From Dicyema japonicum (lineage: Eukaryota > Animalia > Dicyemida), in NCBI GenBank assembly GCA_011109175.1, contig RDEW01000002.1, positions 1,058,676 to 1,122,675 on the forward strand: DNA of 64,000 bases, given 5' to 3'. The translations under genes and the position numbers were made by a program. Below, piece after piece: positions 1 through 13,291 of the stretch. How positions within the stretch are numbered: the first letter of the stretch is position 1; every line of letters begins with the position of its first letter. A model generated the notes under the pieces. It saw nothing but the letters and a program-made list of their open reading frames with translations, was not told the origin of the DNA and ran no database searches.

Positions 1-1099
1 TCGACCCCCTTTGTCATTACAATCGATTTCATATGAAAATATAATTTTTATCGTATTTTAGAAAATTCGATTGTGTTTAAAAATCAATAGTCTCGAAGAC
101 AAGTGCACACGGTTTTACTGAAGATAAGCAGTATGAGTTCATATACAAAGTGGTTTAATGCTCAGTTTATTATAAATTAAGTGGAAAGATAAAATTGTGA
201 TTTACTCACATACTTTTCTTATAACAGATTGTCAAACACGAAACTTTTCGTTTATTCATGTTTGTTCTTGATTTATACTTTAAAAGGGAGAGTTGAAGGA
301 AAATATTTTTAAGACATGTTCTAAAAAGCTGGAAGATCCTCGATAGTTCCTGTTATTTGCCTCTTCTTATTCACATACCCCCAGGGGAAAAGGAAAAAAA
401 GTAGTCAAATCTATTGAGAAATAGAATATCGACAAATTCCCCTGGGACAATAGTGATTGAGTCGAAAGAACATCCCTACAGGAAAAAAAGTGAGAAACAA
501 ACATCAGCAATTTCCGACATTAGGATTCTTTCGGAACAAAATTATACATTGAAGATACCTGATGAGTACCATACACATTCATTGAGCGACACTCTCTTCC
601 ACCAAACGACTTGGAGAATCAGCTAACTTATTAAGATTTAAGAAATGGGGTCTTTTCTATCGCTTCAAGCAACAGTGGGGTGCTTGAAAGTCTCCGTCCA
701 AGACATTTTGAGTTCACATTTCTCAGAACATGGGAATCTCTGGCATCCGCCATATCTGTGCTATCACAAAAATAATCAACAGAATACTTTCAAAGAAAAC
801 CACAAAACAATTCCCCACATGTCTTTTCCCGAACTACTCGCTTTCGATACAAAGAGAATAGAAATACCCCCAATTACGGTTTTTCCGTCGCTTAGCCTCA
901 AACTAGCGGAAAGAGCAATCCCTTCCACACTCATCAAACACTAGTAGCTTAGGAGTACACGCTTTTCGACATTGACTCTTAACAACAGGAATATTCCCTA
1001 TGTCACAATAGCATTTCTACTATTAATATCGTTGACTATGATAGGTGACTCCATCCTGTAATAATCAATTTGTAAATGGAATTATGTCATATGGGTGTT

Positions 1100-1480
1100 A
1101 TTCATTATCTCGGTCTTGAAGTGTTCATGGGTGGGAACCACTTGCCTCGTTGATCCGGCGCTGCTTCTAGCAAATGTCAGAGTTTTTCCTTTCCATTTGA
1201 GGCAAAGTCCACATCGTCAGCGTGCCGATTCCTATAACGTTATCTTTTCCAATACATACTCTCAACTTCATTTTGGAGAGAAGTCAAGTTGACTGAATCA
1301 TTGACCAGAAAACATTGAGTACTTCAATCAGTTTTCCGCGGTTACAATGTCGAATGCTCTGGTGAGAACATCCCTAGAATAGTTGTGGCACTTTGAAATC
1401 TTAGCTGAAGAGTCCGATGTTATCTATGGCTGCACACTATATCACCCATAGACCTCCAGATTCTTAAGACACTTTGACGT
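1100..1480 (-). mobile_element. Degenerate LINE reverse-transcriptase fragment
   Basis: Minus-strand translation gives 'DVLTRAFDIV', resembling the RT motif DxxKAFDxV; many stops, boundaries approximate. Confidence 0.35.
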
Positions 1481-1510
1481 TGTATGCTGACTTGATCCAA
1501 ATGAGAGACA

Positions 1511-2047
1511 ATTTTTTAATAACCCCAGATATAACTAACACGTTTTCAAAGTGAGAGCAACCTTTATGTAATAACCTCAGATATACCGAAAAGAGGTTAA
1601 GAATAACAATAATTAAGTATATTTAGTTCCCACGGTGAAGTAAAACGGATCATGTCCAAGCATCAAGTCCATCCATATCCGCCATTGTAAGATCCATCCG
1701 GTTGAGTAGGGAAGAGAGTTTATGGATGCCGGCCAGGCACTGAGGATCTCCAGAGACTAGCAGAGCACATGATGCCTCTTTGATTTATTTATTTTATTAA
1801 CCCCAAAATCACGAGAAAGAGGATAAAAGTTATCGTCTAATTAAGTGATCCCGGTGTCCATACCAGTCCTTTTCATGCGGGGTGTTTTGGAGTCCTGTTA
1901 GATTTTGAAGAGGACACAGAGCAGAGATGCATATTTGTAAATATTTATTGCCTCAGGATCACCAGTTAAAGTTTTAGTTAGTTAATTACCCAGACCTCAC
2001 ATCAAGCGTCTAGCAGAGGGTGTTGGGCACTTCCACAAGTCACTTCG
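1511..2047 (-). repeat. Stack of four 5'-truncated LINE/SINE 3' ends in the same orientation
   Basis: Plus-strand motif AACCCC..GAT(C/A)AC..TAAGTG(A/T)..CC at about 1520 (partial), 1570, 1795 and 1945, each followed by a short body. The 1795 copy ends its ORF in TGMDTGIT*; the 1570 copy carries the SINE core at 1705-1760. Confidence 0.75.
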
Positions 2048-2060
2048 AGTCACCGGGTTA

Positions 2061-2389
2061 TTATTTATTAACCCCGGATACACCGAGAAAGAAGTTAAAG
2101 TAAACAACTAATTAAGTGTATCCAGTTTCTCTTCTACAGAAACAGAGTCCATTAGGAATCAGCATAAAGGGTAAAAGACGTCTATAGTTGCAGATGTGGA
2201 AACCCCTGCATTGAAGTGGGGGAGAGCAAATAATCCTTTTTCGTACCGGCCTGGCACTGGGCGCCACCTAGACAGGTGGATCACATGACGCCACTCTAAT
2301 AGGAAGAGAGAGGAGGAATAGACAAGCAAGCATAAAACTTCAACAAATTAACAACGCAGCACCACATGGCGCCACGCGGCTTATTCATC
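2061..2389 (-). mobile_element. SINE (about 330 bp) with LINE-derived 3' stem-loop
   Basis: Perfect 13-bp TSD AGTCACCGGGTTA at 2048-2060 and 2390-2402; roughly 90% identical by eye to the copy at 18050-18381. Confidence 0.85.
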
Positions 2390-2504
2390 AGTCACCGGGT
2401 TAAAGATAAATAATTAATATTTTATTTAATATTAATTTAATATATAATAAATAATTAGAAGGCAAACCAAATAATAAAATTTAATATAATAATCAAAATT
2501 GTTA

Positions 2505-3533
2505 ATGCCTAGTGTTGTTTGCGGTGATCCTTTCACTTATAATTATGCCATTGTGCGACGTCTTCCGTCCAGTATTCGCGACTATTTGAAAAACTCAAAA
2601 ATTCCTTTCGACTTTGAGGCGGCCGAGGCAGAATTGGAGAGCTTTGTGGATATGCTACGACTTTTGGGGGTCACTATAATGGAAATCCCCGCGGATGAAA
2701 TACATCCCTTCAGTTCCTTCATCGAGGACCACCTGGTCGTCATAAACAACACAGCTCTTATCTGCAACAGTGTTGACAATTCGAGGATCGGCGAGGTTTG
2801 TTTACTTTAATCTCCAGATCTCTGTTCTGAGGTCAATCTTAAGTCGAGAGTTCAACTGCATTGTGATTGACGTGGACTCCAGGGACGCACGTGTGCTGGG
2901 GGGAGATGTCCTCTTCACGGGTTACCACTTCTTATTACTCATAGGAAAGGAGATCTTTGTGGACTGTCAACAACACAAACCTAAATGGCGTCAACGAGGT
3001 CGCAAAGGCCTTCCCTGATTACCCGACCACGTGTTTTCAGCTCCCCAATGGAAACAAGTGTCTAAAGGACTACGTGATGATGGCTCAGAGGGACTCTCTG
3101 TTAGTGGGGGATACCAGCGAATCTGGGATTGTGTTGGAGGTATGGTTAATTAGTTTGCATATTGTCTAATCAATACTGGGCGATTAATCAATATATTGTG
3201 TTTAGAGAATAAAGGAACATGCGAGCTTTACGTACTCGATTCTGTTGATTCCTGAAGACGGGGCTGTGGACTCTGTGTTTGTCAATGACTACTTGATTCA
3301 CCTGCCGGAGGATCAGTATCCTCAGAGTTCAAGGGTTTGGGAGGTTTTATTGGTAGTTGTTTACGAGTCGATTGAGTCGTCACTATCAGGTTAGTTTGAG
3401 ACAACTTGGTAAAATTAATGGGAGACTTTCACGATTGTGTACATTAATTTACAAGTCGAGGATTCCTAGGACATTTCCCACTACTTTAACTAATTTTGAC
3501 ATTGATAATTTTATGTTTGTTATTAATAAATGA
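2505..3533 (+). CDS. DDAH: Dimethylarginine dimethylaminohydrolase (DDAH)-like protein, catalytic His and Cys apparently lost
   Basis: Motifs FIED, GGDVLFTG, TNLNG..AFPDY, IPED..V.SVFVN match the DDAH family. Introns 2796-2817 (22 nt), 2921-2944 (24), 3140-3205 (66), 3335-3356 (22). A net 2-nt deficit at about 2958-2975 breaks the frame. Confidence 0.85.
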
Positions 3534-3939
3534 TTATTTGATCATGTTTCCTTTAATCTCACAATCTGAGGTCACTCAGGTCTTTTATGTTTCTGCGCTT
3601 GAAGATAACCAGAACATCACCTGGCGTAGGACCCATCTTTTGGTGGTTGTCTACATGACGTACATTCTTGGTAAAAAACCAAGTGATACACATCAATGAA
3701 CTAATAATTAAAATTTATGGCTCAGACGGGGTTTGAACTCAGAATTGGCGTATTCGAGTTTTGAACAGAAAAGGACGAGAGGTTATGTCTATTTGATAAC
3801 TAACTAGTGTGGTATGTCACAGGCATTTTCTAAGTGTTTTCTGATGACACATTGAATAAATTATTATCAACCATCACGTATTGATTGACGTTTTGTTGAT
3901 AAGCACCATATTATTATTTAATTATATTAGCAATGTCGC

Positions 3940-5560
3940 GGAACCAGAAAAGTTAACTAATTTTAGATTCAACTATTGCCATGCATCTCTGGACACACGC
4001 TGTAAGTCGTTTCCATCCTCCCTGTTTTCGCATCTGCCCTCAGATCATCCAGATCCTTTGGTGTTTTCAGTTTTCTTCTTATCAAAGTGAGTTCTTTGTC
4101 GACCTCGATACGTTGTTTGTTTAATACAGAAAAGCATGATTCCATGGCCTGATTGGCCGGTGCCAATTCCGAAGCTTTTAGAATATTTCCAAAAAGCTGA
4201 TATTTCGCAGAAGTAACTTTATTCCCAATCTTTGTTGTTTGATTAATTCTATATAGCTCGTTGTTGGCCATCCGGTTTGGCCAGTAGACTCTCAAACGAA
4301 GTCGCAGTTGTTTTCTGTGGAAAGAGTTGCGGTTTTCCAGTTCTTTGATGGTTAGGCCCCAGATCTCCGCGTTATAAAGTAGAATTGGTTCAATAAAGGA
4401 GTTGTACAACCGAATTCGAAGGCGAGTGCCTATGTACTTTCATCGCATCCAGATCACCCACATTTTTTATAAGAAGCAACTGGCAGAACTTTCCTGTGAA
4501 TAACGTCCTTCGAGTCCCCGAAGAGAGATCCAACTTTCTTGCATGTTATCCACTTATCCTAGTTTCTCGTCGTGCAAAGGGATGTGCTAGTTCTTTCCAT
4601 TTATGTGGGTTACTATTAGGGACCAGCCCTCCAAACCTTGAGGGATCATTCCTGCCGTTATTAATAATTTTCTGTATCATCAAGAATTGTGATTCTTTCC
4701 GGTCTGGTAGTTCGGGATAATTGTTTAACAGCTGCAAACATTCTTGCACCAAGTTTGTACCGTTCGGCGTCTTTTGCCAAGTTATCCAGTGTATGCCGGC
4801 CTAGTTCCCTCAATCTTCTCTTTATTTTGTATTTGATTCTGTTGCGTTCTCTTTTAAGAGAGTCAGTTTGGCTTGTCAAGTTTGACGACTCGATTAAGAG
4901 TCTGAGTTTTTCCTTTGGTTTTTTGACAGTTCTTCTATTTCTTTGTCAAAAGTTCCCTTGAACCTCCTTGGGCGATTTCCCAGTACCATCCTAGCAGCCT
5001 GCCTGACTCTGATAGAAATATTCTTCCATAACAGCCCGGGTGACATATTCGTGTCGACATTTTCCAAGTTTCGATATTTTCTCGCCATACTTTTTAAGGG
5101 TATTGTCATTAGCACATAGAGCCTCCACGGCCAAGGTCTTGCTTGCTCCGCGTACATTCTGCCAGTGCTCCAGAGATTCCAAAGCGTCGCTTTATAATGA
5201 GACGTGCCACTAGTAGTCTGTGATCACTCGAGGTCATCATACGTTCAGGAGTCCGTGAGTAGCCCCTTCTGTGTTTGCCTGCATAGTATGTAGTCGATTT
5301 GGTCAAATATATGGACTCGATTTCCACAGGAGTCTCTCTTCTGTCCTGTACATATGTCGTGCTGCATGTCGAAACTCAGTTTTACAAGGAATACTCCAAA
5401 TGACTTGCAGAAATGTATAAGGGCCTCCTCGGACAGATTTCTGATCTCTCGAGCGTGGCTGCCCAAGCAAGCTGATTCGTCCCGCTTTTTCTTCACTTTT
5501 GAATTCCAGTCTCCCGCTATAAAGAGCATGTAGGAGCTTGACAGGAAGGAGTAAGCCAAG
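3940..5560 (-). mobile_element. RTE-type LINE, internally deleted and frameshifted
   Basis: APE motifs GDWNSK, IDYIL and SDHRL at 5100-5565; RTE-type C-terminus 'PILLYNAEIW..SFHRKQLR..WPNR..N.ELY' at 3969-4409; RT core is missing. Confidence 0.8.
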
Positions 5561-6004
5561 TTCAATTATATTATTATTTAATGTATTTTCTAATTAACTT
5601 TCAAGTTCAATTATAATCTGGTTATATACTATTTCTACACGCACAGGAGATCTCCGTGAACACTGCTGGATATTTGAGCGAATCTGAATGGCTGCGCAGT
5701 TTACTGTATCCTCGGTTGATTGTTTGTTTATTTTAATAGAATTAATCTTTTAAAATTATTTCAATACTTCCAAGAAAACATAAAGATGATCCTCCGTTAA
5801 CATCATATTTAGTGGCTCCCTACTTTATCAACCACCGGTCCCTTCATGTGGAGAAAACCAAGTGACTATAAAAAGTAATAACGAGCGTTCTTCCATTGTT
5901 TCCGAATATGCGGAGTGAGACTTTTTTCAAGAAGGAAAATTATACAAAATATTAATTGATAAAAAATCATTTTAGTCCTTTTAAATTTGCTTTCTCAAAA
6001 TATT

Positions 6005-6375
6005 TTTAATATTTGCTTTCTCAAACTGGGGTCCATGGTCCTTTTTGGACCGCGGAACAATCTTTAGTAATTTATATTAGTCTATTTTTATATTATATTT
6101 TTTTAAATTATTTTGAATTAAAAACACGTTTTCAACGAAGTTTAAGCGATTTTAAATTCAAATGGCTGATTCCTATTAAGAATTGGCAAAGATGAAGTGC
6201 TTATTCCATTTGCAACTACATATGAGTATGAGACAGCGTTTTCAACACTACTTACCATCAAATCAAAATTCCGCAATAGATTGGATGTGTCAAATGAGGG
6301 TTGCATTGTCCAAAACACAACCCGACTTAGAAAAACTGGTGATGGTTAAACAAGTGCATCCATCTCATTAATTAT
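6005..6375 (+). mobile_element. hAT (Charlie/FAM200-like) transposase C-terminal remnant
   Basis: Frameshifted 'FATTYEYETAFSTL..IKSKFRNRLDV..RVALSKTQPDLEKLV..KQVHPSH*'; a TIR-like TTTCTCAAACTGGGGTCC at about 6015. Confidence 0.7.
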
Positions 6376-6849
6376 CATTCTTTAATTTTGCACTAATTCA
6401 CTAATTTAATGAAGGACCGCAAGAAATTAAAAAATAAAAGAAGATTGCGATGTCTCAGTTTTTGTACAGTAAATCTCTGGTGGAGAGTCGAAGAGAGATG
6501 ATAAGGGACAAAAAAGGAGAGAAATTTCGGCAAGTAGCCAGTGAGGGGAATCGACCAGGGCCAGTAGTTATAGTAAGCAAAAGCCTGATGGCCCCTGGTT
6601 CGAATCTCGCTGCTGTAAAATTCGTCTGAAGGCTCCACGTATATGCGATGTTTTGGATTGACGATAACGCCGTCATCATTTAATACTTCAAAGAAGTGAA
6701 AAGCATTAGTTCTCTCTTTCCATGTTTAGTTTCAAAATCTCAGTGTTGAGGGAATCGCTTTCTTAGCAATCATACTTAGCGTTTTAATAAACAGACACCA
6801 TCCTGGATATATAGAATCGCCCCTATATCAGACAATATGGAAGTTCCAC

Positions 6850-7760
6850 TGAAACATGGGGACCGAAAGACGTTCCAGCTTCCTATTGACCAGTCTCGCT
6901 CCTCTGGTTGTCGTCCAAGGTATTGGAAAAACTAGTTCTTTCAAAATCAAGCTCTTTTCTTCTGATATACCTTTTTCAGCACGATTTTGGAAACCTTTCT
7001 ATTTCCACCCACCAAGACTTTTCTACTTACATCCAATTCCATCCGTTCAGGGTTTTCACACAAACCCAGACTCAGGTCTTCAATTCCTACCTGTAAAAAA
7101 TTCAATCAGAAAACACGGAAATCTAAAAAAACTACTTAACTTCCTAAGCGGGCGGATGGGACAAATTTGTCTTAAACATATCTACTTATACTATTTACAG
7201 GAGACTGGAATTCTAAAGCAAGGAATGTGTTGTGTATTAGAATAATTGACAAAAACAAAAGAATGAGTACTAGTGACATGTATTTGCAGTATTATCAAAC
7301 TCAATATGCAATGCGGTGTTCACTCGTGCACCACTTCATAAAACATCGTGGACTGGGGTTGGTAAAATGAGAGTCGTTTACAACCACTCTATAACACCCT
7401 TTGCAGACGGAAAGAAGTAAGTTGACTGATGGACGCCAGGTCTTATGGGGGAGCATTTACATTCAACAACCAAAAAATTCACTGGCGCTCGACTAAGAAG
7501 ATTCCTCGAAAAACAAAAGAGAATTAAATCATGAAATGAGATAATCAGTTGAAAAGTTTACCTCAGAGATTACACGGGAAAATTATTTGCACTATCATTA
7601 AAAATAGAAGTATACCAAAATCCAAACGAAAAATGGAATACTTGAATATTCAGAGAGGCAGGTGCATACAGTGGAACAACAATGGACAAAACCGATTCCA
7701 ACCTATTAAATCATAAAGTTGTTTAAATGGAGAAAAAGCTACAAATCGAAAAAACTAACA
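6850..7760 (+). mobile_element. Degenerate LINE fragments (I/Jockey-like RT piece followed by RTE-like APE piece)
   Basis: 'PASY.PVSLL..SKVLEKLVL..FQH.F' at 6870-7000 and 'GDWNSK' at about 7200; multiple stops. Confidence 0.45.
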
Positions 7761-8393
7761 ACCAGGAAATATAAGAGAAATTAAAAATTGAGCTTAAGCT
7801 AATCTCTAAGGGTATCAAAATCACATTTTCTACACCTAAAAACTCTCCTCAACTCTCGAATATCAGTGGTGGAAAATCATCGGGATAGGAGACAGATGCA
7901 TATGGTGATCAGGTTACTTGTTCGACGACAACAGAAAACAAGACAAAAATGGGAAAACAACCATAAGCCAATTATAATTGTCAATCACTTTGTAAAACAA
8001 TTATCTTTGATGGGAAAACGAACCCATAGTTTATCTCATAAGTGTACATAGTGCGTGTGATCCTGAGGCTACAGAGATACATCGGGTGTATTCTGCGTGG
8101 AGCAAAACTCGAAGGCAAAAAATAACAAAAAAGGTCCCCCCCTTCTGGTTGTCTAGAAGGCAGAAATGGCATAGCAACACTAGTAGAAAACCAAAGGCAG
8201 TACGCCTTATGGTCTGGGAGTTTAAATAGCCAAGAGATTGTAGACAAGCATCATGAAATGATCCATGGTTATAGAATTTGTGATTATCAGTGTTGGGGTT
8301 CAACAGGAGAAATGCTTAGACAGTCGTTAACAGTTATTATGACAATTATAAATCATATTTATTTAAATATATTAAAAATACAAAATTTATAAA

Positions 8394-9038
8394 TTACATC
8401 AAGTCATAATCATCCCTCTGACAAATAAATAAAACCAAAACCATATCATTATATTCAAGCATATTTCTCTTCACTGCTGATCGGTCACTCCATGTTATGA
8501 AATCCTCCAAACTACGAGTCACCAAGAATGCTGGATCAGTTACTACTTCGGGTCCCACTCTCACGTCTAATCATTATAATAACCCATAACGTCCTTGTTC
8601 CACATATGTGGTGGCTGTTCGAACATCCTCTGTCATAGAAGATCGCTTCATTACAACAGCCAAACGACGCCTACAGAAGGAACTGGCTGAGACCTTATCA
8701 CACAACTCCAAAGTGCTCTTGGCTGGGATAAGTCCCATCTGATATCTAGGACATGCTCATACATTTTTACAATTTTTCTAATAGAAGACTGGTAGACTGA
8801 GTTCTGAATGGGTCATTTGGAGAAAGTTGCTTTATTTGAGTGGCCACTTGACGCACGTGTCTTGATAGTTTGTTGTAACTAGAATTATTATGAATTGTTA
8901 CATTGTATAGTCCTCACGTCTAGTAAGGCCGTATTTTTTCATTATTCCCAATTCATGGCCCTTATTATCAGCCTCCCATGTCATAAAGTCGACTTTTTTG
9001 AGTAACTTTTTTTCGTGATATTTCAGTTTTCTAACCAT
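8394..9038 (-). CDS. IMP3: U3 snoRNP protein IMP3
   Basis: Spliced product [62 protein letters not shown]. Introns 8879-8901 (23 nt), 8746-8770 (25), 8567-8590 (24), 8418-8441 (24); frame intact; absent from the ORF track. Confidence 0.95.
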
Positions 9039-9149
9039 CACTTAACTCTATTTTGCACGATATACTAATTTTAAATTTATATATTTATTAAATTATTTAA
9101 TTAAATTTTATTAATAATTTAAGTATTAATCGCCAGAAATATTATTTTT

Positions 9150-9485
9150 TGTTGTCAAATATTTTTGTTTATGAAAAAATCATATGCAATCAGACTCCAC
9201 AGTCTCCTTTCAAAGGAAATGACGGTGTGAAATGGCCAAGGCTTCCTACGTATGTGCAAGGAGCTAGGAAACCATTCAGAGAGAGGACGGTTTATGTAGA
9301 GGAATTCAGATCGGCATTAAAAAAAGTGCACTCCGATAGAATTCTTCTGCAGAAATAAAAGAAAACACTTCAGGAACGCTATTGGTTCACTGGCGAGCAT
9401 TCGAAGAGAATTCGAGAGATGTTGGAGGCTGGGATCACTTAATTTAGCGAGTTAATACTTTCTTGGGGTTTTAAAATAAATAATA
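9150..9485 (+). mobile_element. LINE 3' end with stem-loop tail
   Basis: Ends EMLEAGIT* in GCTGGGATCACTTAA followed by GGGGTTTTAAAATAAA; similar to 53560-53990 and 61600-61790. Confidence 0.7.
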
Positions 9486-9499
9486 AGAATAATTAGTGT

Positions 9500-9900
9500 A
9501 GTAACATGGCCTAACAAAATAGTAAACAGTTATGTTAGATGCTCAGCGATATTGGGCATAGATATTGTTAAATCTCGATGGAAACTTATGTGACATATAC
9601 TACGCCTCGACAGACCAACTCCTGCCAACAGACTATGGAAAATTACTTCATGTCAAGAATATCATGGACGCCAACGCGTAACTTACCATCAGTGCTGGAA
9701 ACTGATCTAAAGCCATTAAACGGCAACATAGAGCAGAAGATAATTCACTTTCAACAGAGGGAGATGGAAGAGGATTATTATTACCCCCAGGATCACTGGG
9801 TCAAAGAGAAAGAAATAAAAGTTCTCATCTAACTAAGTGATCCCAGACCGACAAAGGAGAAAACGAGTCCGGCGGGGTCGAGAATCCTGAACAGCTCTTC
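9500..9900. mobile_element. RTE C-terminal fragment (+) abutting an oppositely oriented LINE tail (-, 9780-9900)
   Basis: 'RWKLM.HILRLD..TPA' resembles the RTE C-terminus at 3969-4409; CCCCAGGATCAC..AAGTGATCCC at 9785-9843. Confidence 0.5.
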
Positions 9901-10439
9901 TCATTAAACATGACATCGGCTCAAAATTTCTGTATGATGGAAGAGGATAGAAAATAGAATCGTCTGTTTCCGCAGAGTGGAAATGTTTCTACATTATAAT
10001 TCTAATAATAATATGTTTTATGAATAAATGGAAACTGGGAGTCAAATATAATTTATTAATGATTCTTTAAACACTGAGAAGTCTCTTTTCATTTGTAAAA
10101 TCATCAAAGACTCTAAAAACATTAAAACTGACAGTTCTAATGACTGCAATTAAGTTAAGAGGCCGTCTTCATTGATGAACTCGTGTGTACCAATTGACTC
10201 TCACCAAACCAGATGTCTAAATCCCCGTTCAATAATAAGATACCCCAGTGAAATATACTTTTATTAACAATGGATCACTCGAGTATCAGTGGGTTGTAAA
10301 AACAAATAATTAAAAATGCGTCCTACTCCAAGACATAGAGGTGAATAGAGATTTATTTAACTGATCACTTTGAAAAAGACTAAAAACTTGTTGAGAAAAG
10401 AAGATATTAATTCAATTGATGGCTTAGAAACGTTTAGGT

Positions 10440-10620
10440 GGAAGAATGTGAGAATAGTCATATATTTGGTCGTTAATAAAAAACGTTTTTTTATTTTTAA
10501 TGGTTGCTCGGAGACCCTCGGAGCTGTGTTGGTTTAGTAAACGCTTCGGGATCGCACTCGTTGCGGAAATGCCATGTCTCTTGGGGAGCGGTGTGTGACT
10601 TTTTTTAAAATAAATAATAT
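10440..10620 (+). mobile_element. CRE-type retrotransposon 3' remnant
   Basis: 'WFSKRFGIALV(A)GNAMSL' resembles the C-terminal 'WLFQRISLA..RGN..SI' of the other CRE copies; followed by an A/T tail. Confidence 0.45.
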
Positions 10621-11229
10621 TTTAAATGAAAATGAAATTAAAATATATAAAATAATTATAATTTATATTGTGGGACAAGAATTCATTCGTTTATAATAAT
10701 GATTAGCACAGAAACAGAATCTGCAGAATTTATGTCCACATGAGTGACAAATAATCATTCGACTATATTCATTTATTACTGATTTATTCAAACATAGTGG
10801 ACATTCTATATATTCATTGCTATCATTACATATCTACTATTATATTAAACATACTAAGTAATAGTGGTTTTCCCTCAACGGAGATGACCTTTTTTTTCTT
10901 ATTAATTTTGATTTTTTAGTTGTTTTCATTACATTTTCCTTTAAATGGTAAAACTACTTACTTTATCACTTTCATCTATTAGTAGTGATTTTTCACTCAT
11001 TCAGTCTTGTTTTGTCGGGAATTATTATTTATTAGTTTCGTTGATAACACAAATGAGGTCATTATTATCCGATGGCCCCTAGTGGGAGATAATCTCATTA
11101 ATTATTGGGTCAACGAGCCATAATAGTCACTACAACAAAGTAACAACTCTGCACGGTAATTCAAAGTGACAATCACTCAAACTAATTATTTTAACATCTT
11201 TGATGTTTTTTAGTCCTTCAACTAAAAAA

Positions 11230-12000
11230 TGCATTCGGAATTTCTTCAACAAACGGAGACTATTCCTTCCGAATGGTGTGCCACAAGGATCACCGGTCTT
11301 ACTTGTTTTTAAAGTCGGTGAAATACCTTGATCCCATTCCTTGTTGACAACAAAATCTTTGCATTCTGGGATCCATGATTACAGACAGCAATCGGATATC
11401 TGCAGGATCTGTTCGATCATTTGATCAGATGACTGGATATAAACATAGACAACAAACACTAAAAATTGAAGCATAGCCTATTCGCATCGAACAGAAGATT
11501 GACCCAATCGACTCATTCTGGGAGTCACTTAGACTTTTTCATGATTTTTGGACAACACGTGAATAAAGTATAACTTTTTTGTCAAAGAAAACTCAACTTG
11601 GTGAGATCTCAAATTTCCATAAATTTTTGTTATCTTATGAGAGATCTTAACTCTAAATATCTAGCATTGGGTATATGAAGACGAACCAAGATAGGTTCCT
11701 TCTGAGGATTCTCTTCAAAACTTTAACTTCCATTGTGCCAAATCATTTCTTCCCGAATGGTAAAGTCAAATACAAAGTCTTCCTTGTTTCCTCACCACCC
11801 CTGACATTCGTAGAATATCTGATGATTCTGTATGACATCACAAGTGACCACATTAACTTTAATATGGAGGTTGGAAAATGGTCAATATTTTCTTCAGTTT
11901 CGACATTGGGTGGGTGGATTGAATCACTACCAAATATCCATCTTTCTTGGACTATAAAACAGGGCAAAAACACTCACTACAACTAGCGACATCGATAGTT
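11230..12000 (+). mobile_element. Degenerate I/Jockey-like LINE RT fragment
   Basis: 'RLFLPNGVPQGSP' at about 11255-11295 plus downstream LGVT/H.N-like segments; multiple stops. Confidence 0.55.
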
Positions 12001-12876
12001 TGAGTGGATGCATCTCAAATCTCATGAAGACTAGTCACAACGCGACAGATAACCTCTCACATCAGAAAGAAATGGCCGAAAGGAAAAGAAGCAAAGAGCT
12101 GCAGTGATGTTCATGATATGTCCATAGGATTCGTAGCTCAAAGGTGCATTGAACGACTATATATTATTGATTGACAGAAACTGGAAGGATCATAACTTTT
12201 TAAAAGTCCTACAAGAAAATCACGTGCCGCATACCAAATCCATTTGTATTTCAGACTTTGGAAATTCCTTAGATCGGACTGTACACTACATGAGATTAAG
12301 AATCCACCATCTGAGCGTAGGAGAGACTATAGAAGACGATGAAGAACAAAAGTTTTTCAAGCAATGTTGTGCATCCTGAAACTCCAGATTCGTGAAGACC
12401 CTTTTCTTGATAATTTTCGAACAGTCACTCTGTCTTGGCTTACTTATGGACGCAAAGAATGGTTTTTATCTTCACGGAAGAAAGAATCGTCATAAAACAA
12501 GAAAATCAAAAAAATCAGGAGTGAACTTTGTATTCCGTTTGAGATCAGACACGAAGCTGAATATGGATCAAAGGGAGTTACTGGTGAATTAGAGGAGATG
12601 ATCGCTTTCCATAAGAATTCCTTCATGTGTTCACCTTACAGTAGATTGAATAGACTGGGAAGGGACACGGCTGTTTTATCACAGACAGGAGTAGCCACAT
12701 AACTAATATTGATTAATATTACGATAATCTATCAAATGTATTGATATAATTCAATTAACAACCAAAGTTCACAAATTTTCGGCGCTAATTATTGATTAAT
12801 GACGGTAACAAGATTATATTTAAAGTTACAAATAATATTTAATAAATTTAAAAATAATATTTGAAGTAATGTCATT

Positions 12877-13291
12877 ATGCCAGTAAAGTATTTCCTGCAC
12901 CCGAATGGAACTTCCTTCTACCAATGCAAAAAATGTAAAGTCCCACTTTCCAATAGAGAGGACATTCAGTCTCGAAGATTCACTGGAGGCACTGGCCAGG
13001 CATACCTATTTAAAAAGGTGGTGAATATATATACTGGGGAGGTGGGTCCTACAACCTGAATTTTAGATCAAACACCAAGTAATGTTGACAGGACCTCACT
13101 TGGTTGAGGATGTGTTCTGTCTGGGATGTAATACTAAGGTTGGGTGGAGGTATGAATATGCCTATGAGGAATCACAAATTTACAAAGAAGGATCGATAAT
13201 ATTAGAAAAAGCTTTGATTGAAAGTTGTGATGAACCTTTGGATGGGGGATTCACAGTCAGCCCAAATGGTGCTTCCAGCACAACATTTTGA
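12877..13291 (+). CDS. YPEL5: Yippee-like protein (YPEL5 type)
   Basis: C..C..PLSN..DIQSRRFTGGTGQAYLFKKVVN / MLTGPH.V.DV.C..C..KVGW.YEYA.EESQ.YKEG; a single 25-nt GT-AG intron at 13042-13066 joins the two ORF-track pieces in frame. Confidence 0.92.

Noticed and set aside
3590-6630. tRNA genes suggested by B-box motifs (GAGTTCAAACC on minus at about 3730; GGTTCGAATC at about 6597)
   Set aside because: No cloverleaf can be folded by eye; at best degenerate SINE heads.
12149-12700. ORFs 12149-12379 and 12392-12592 as a host gene
   Set aside because: No recognisable motif and no consistent tiny-intron splice path found; probably decayed element sequence.
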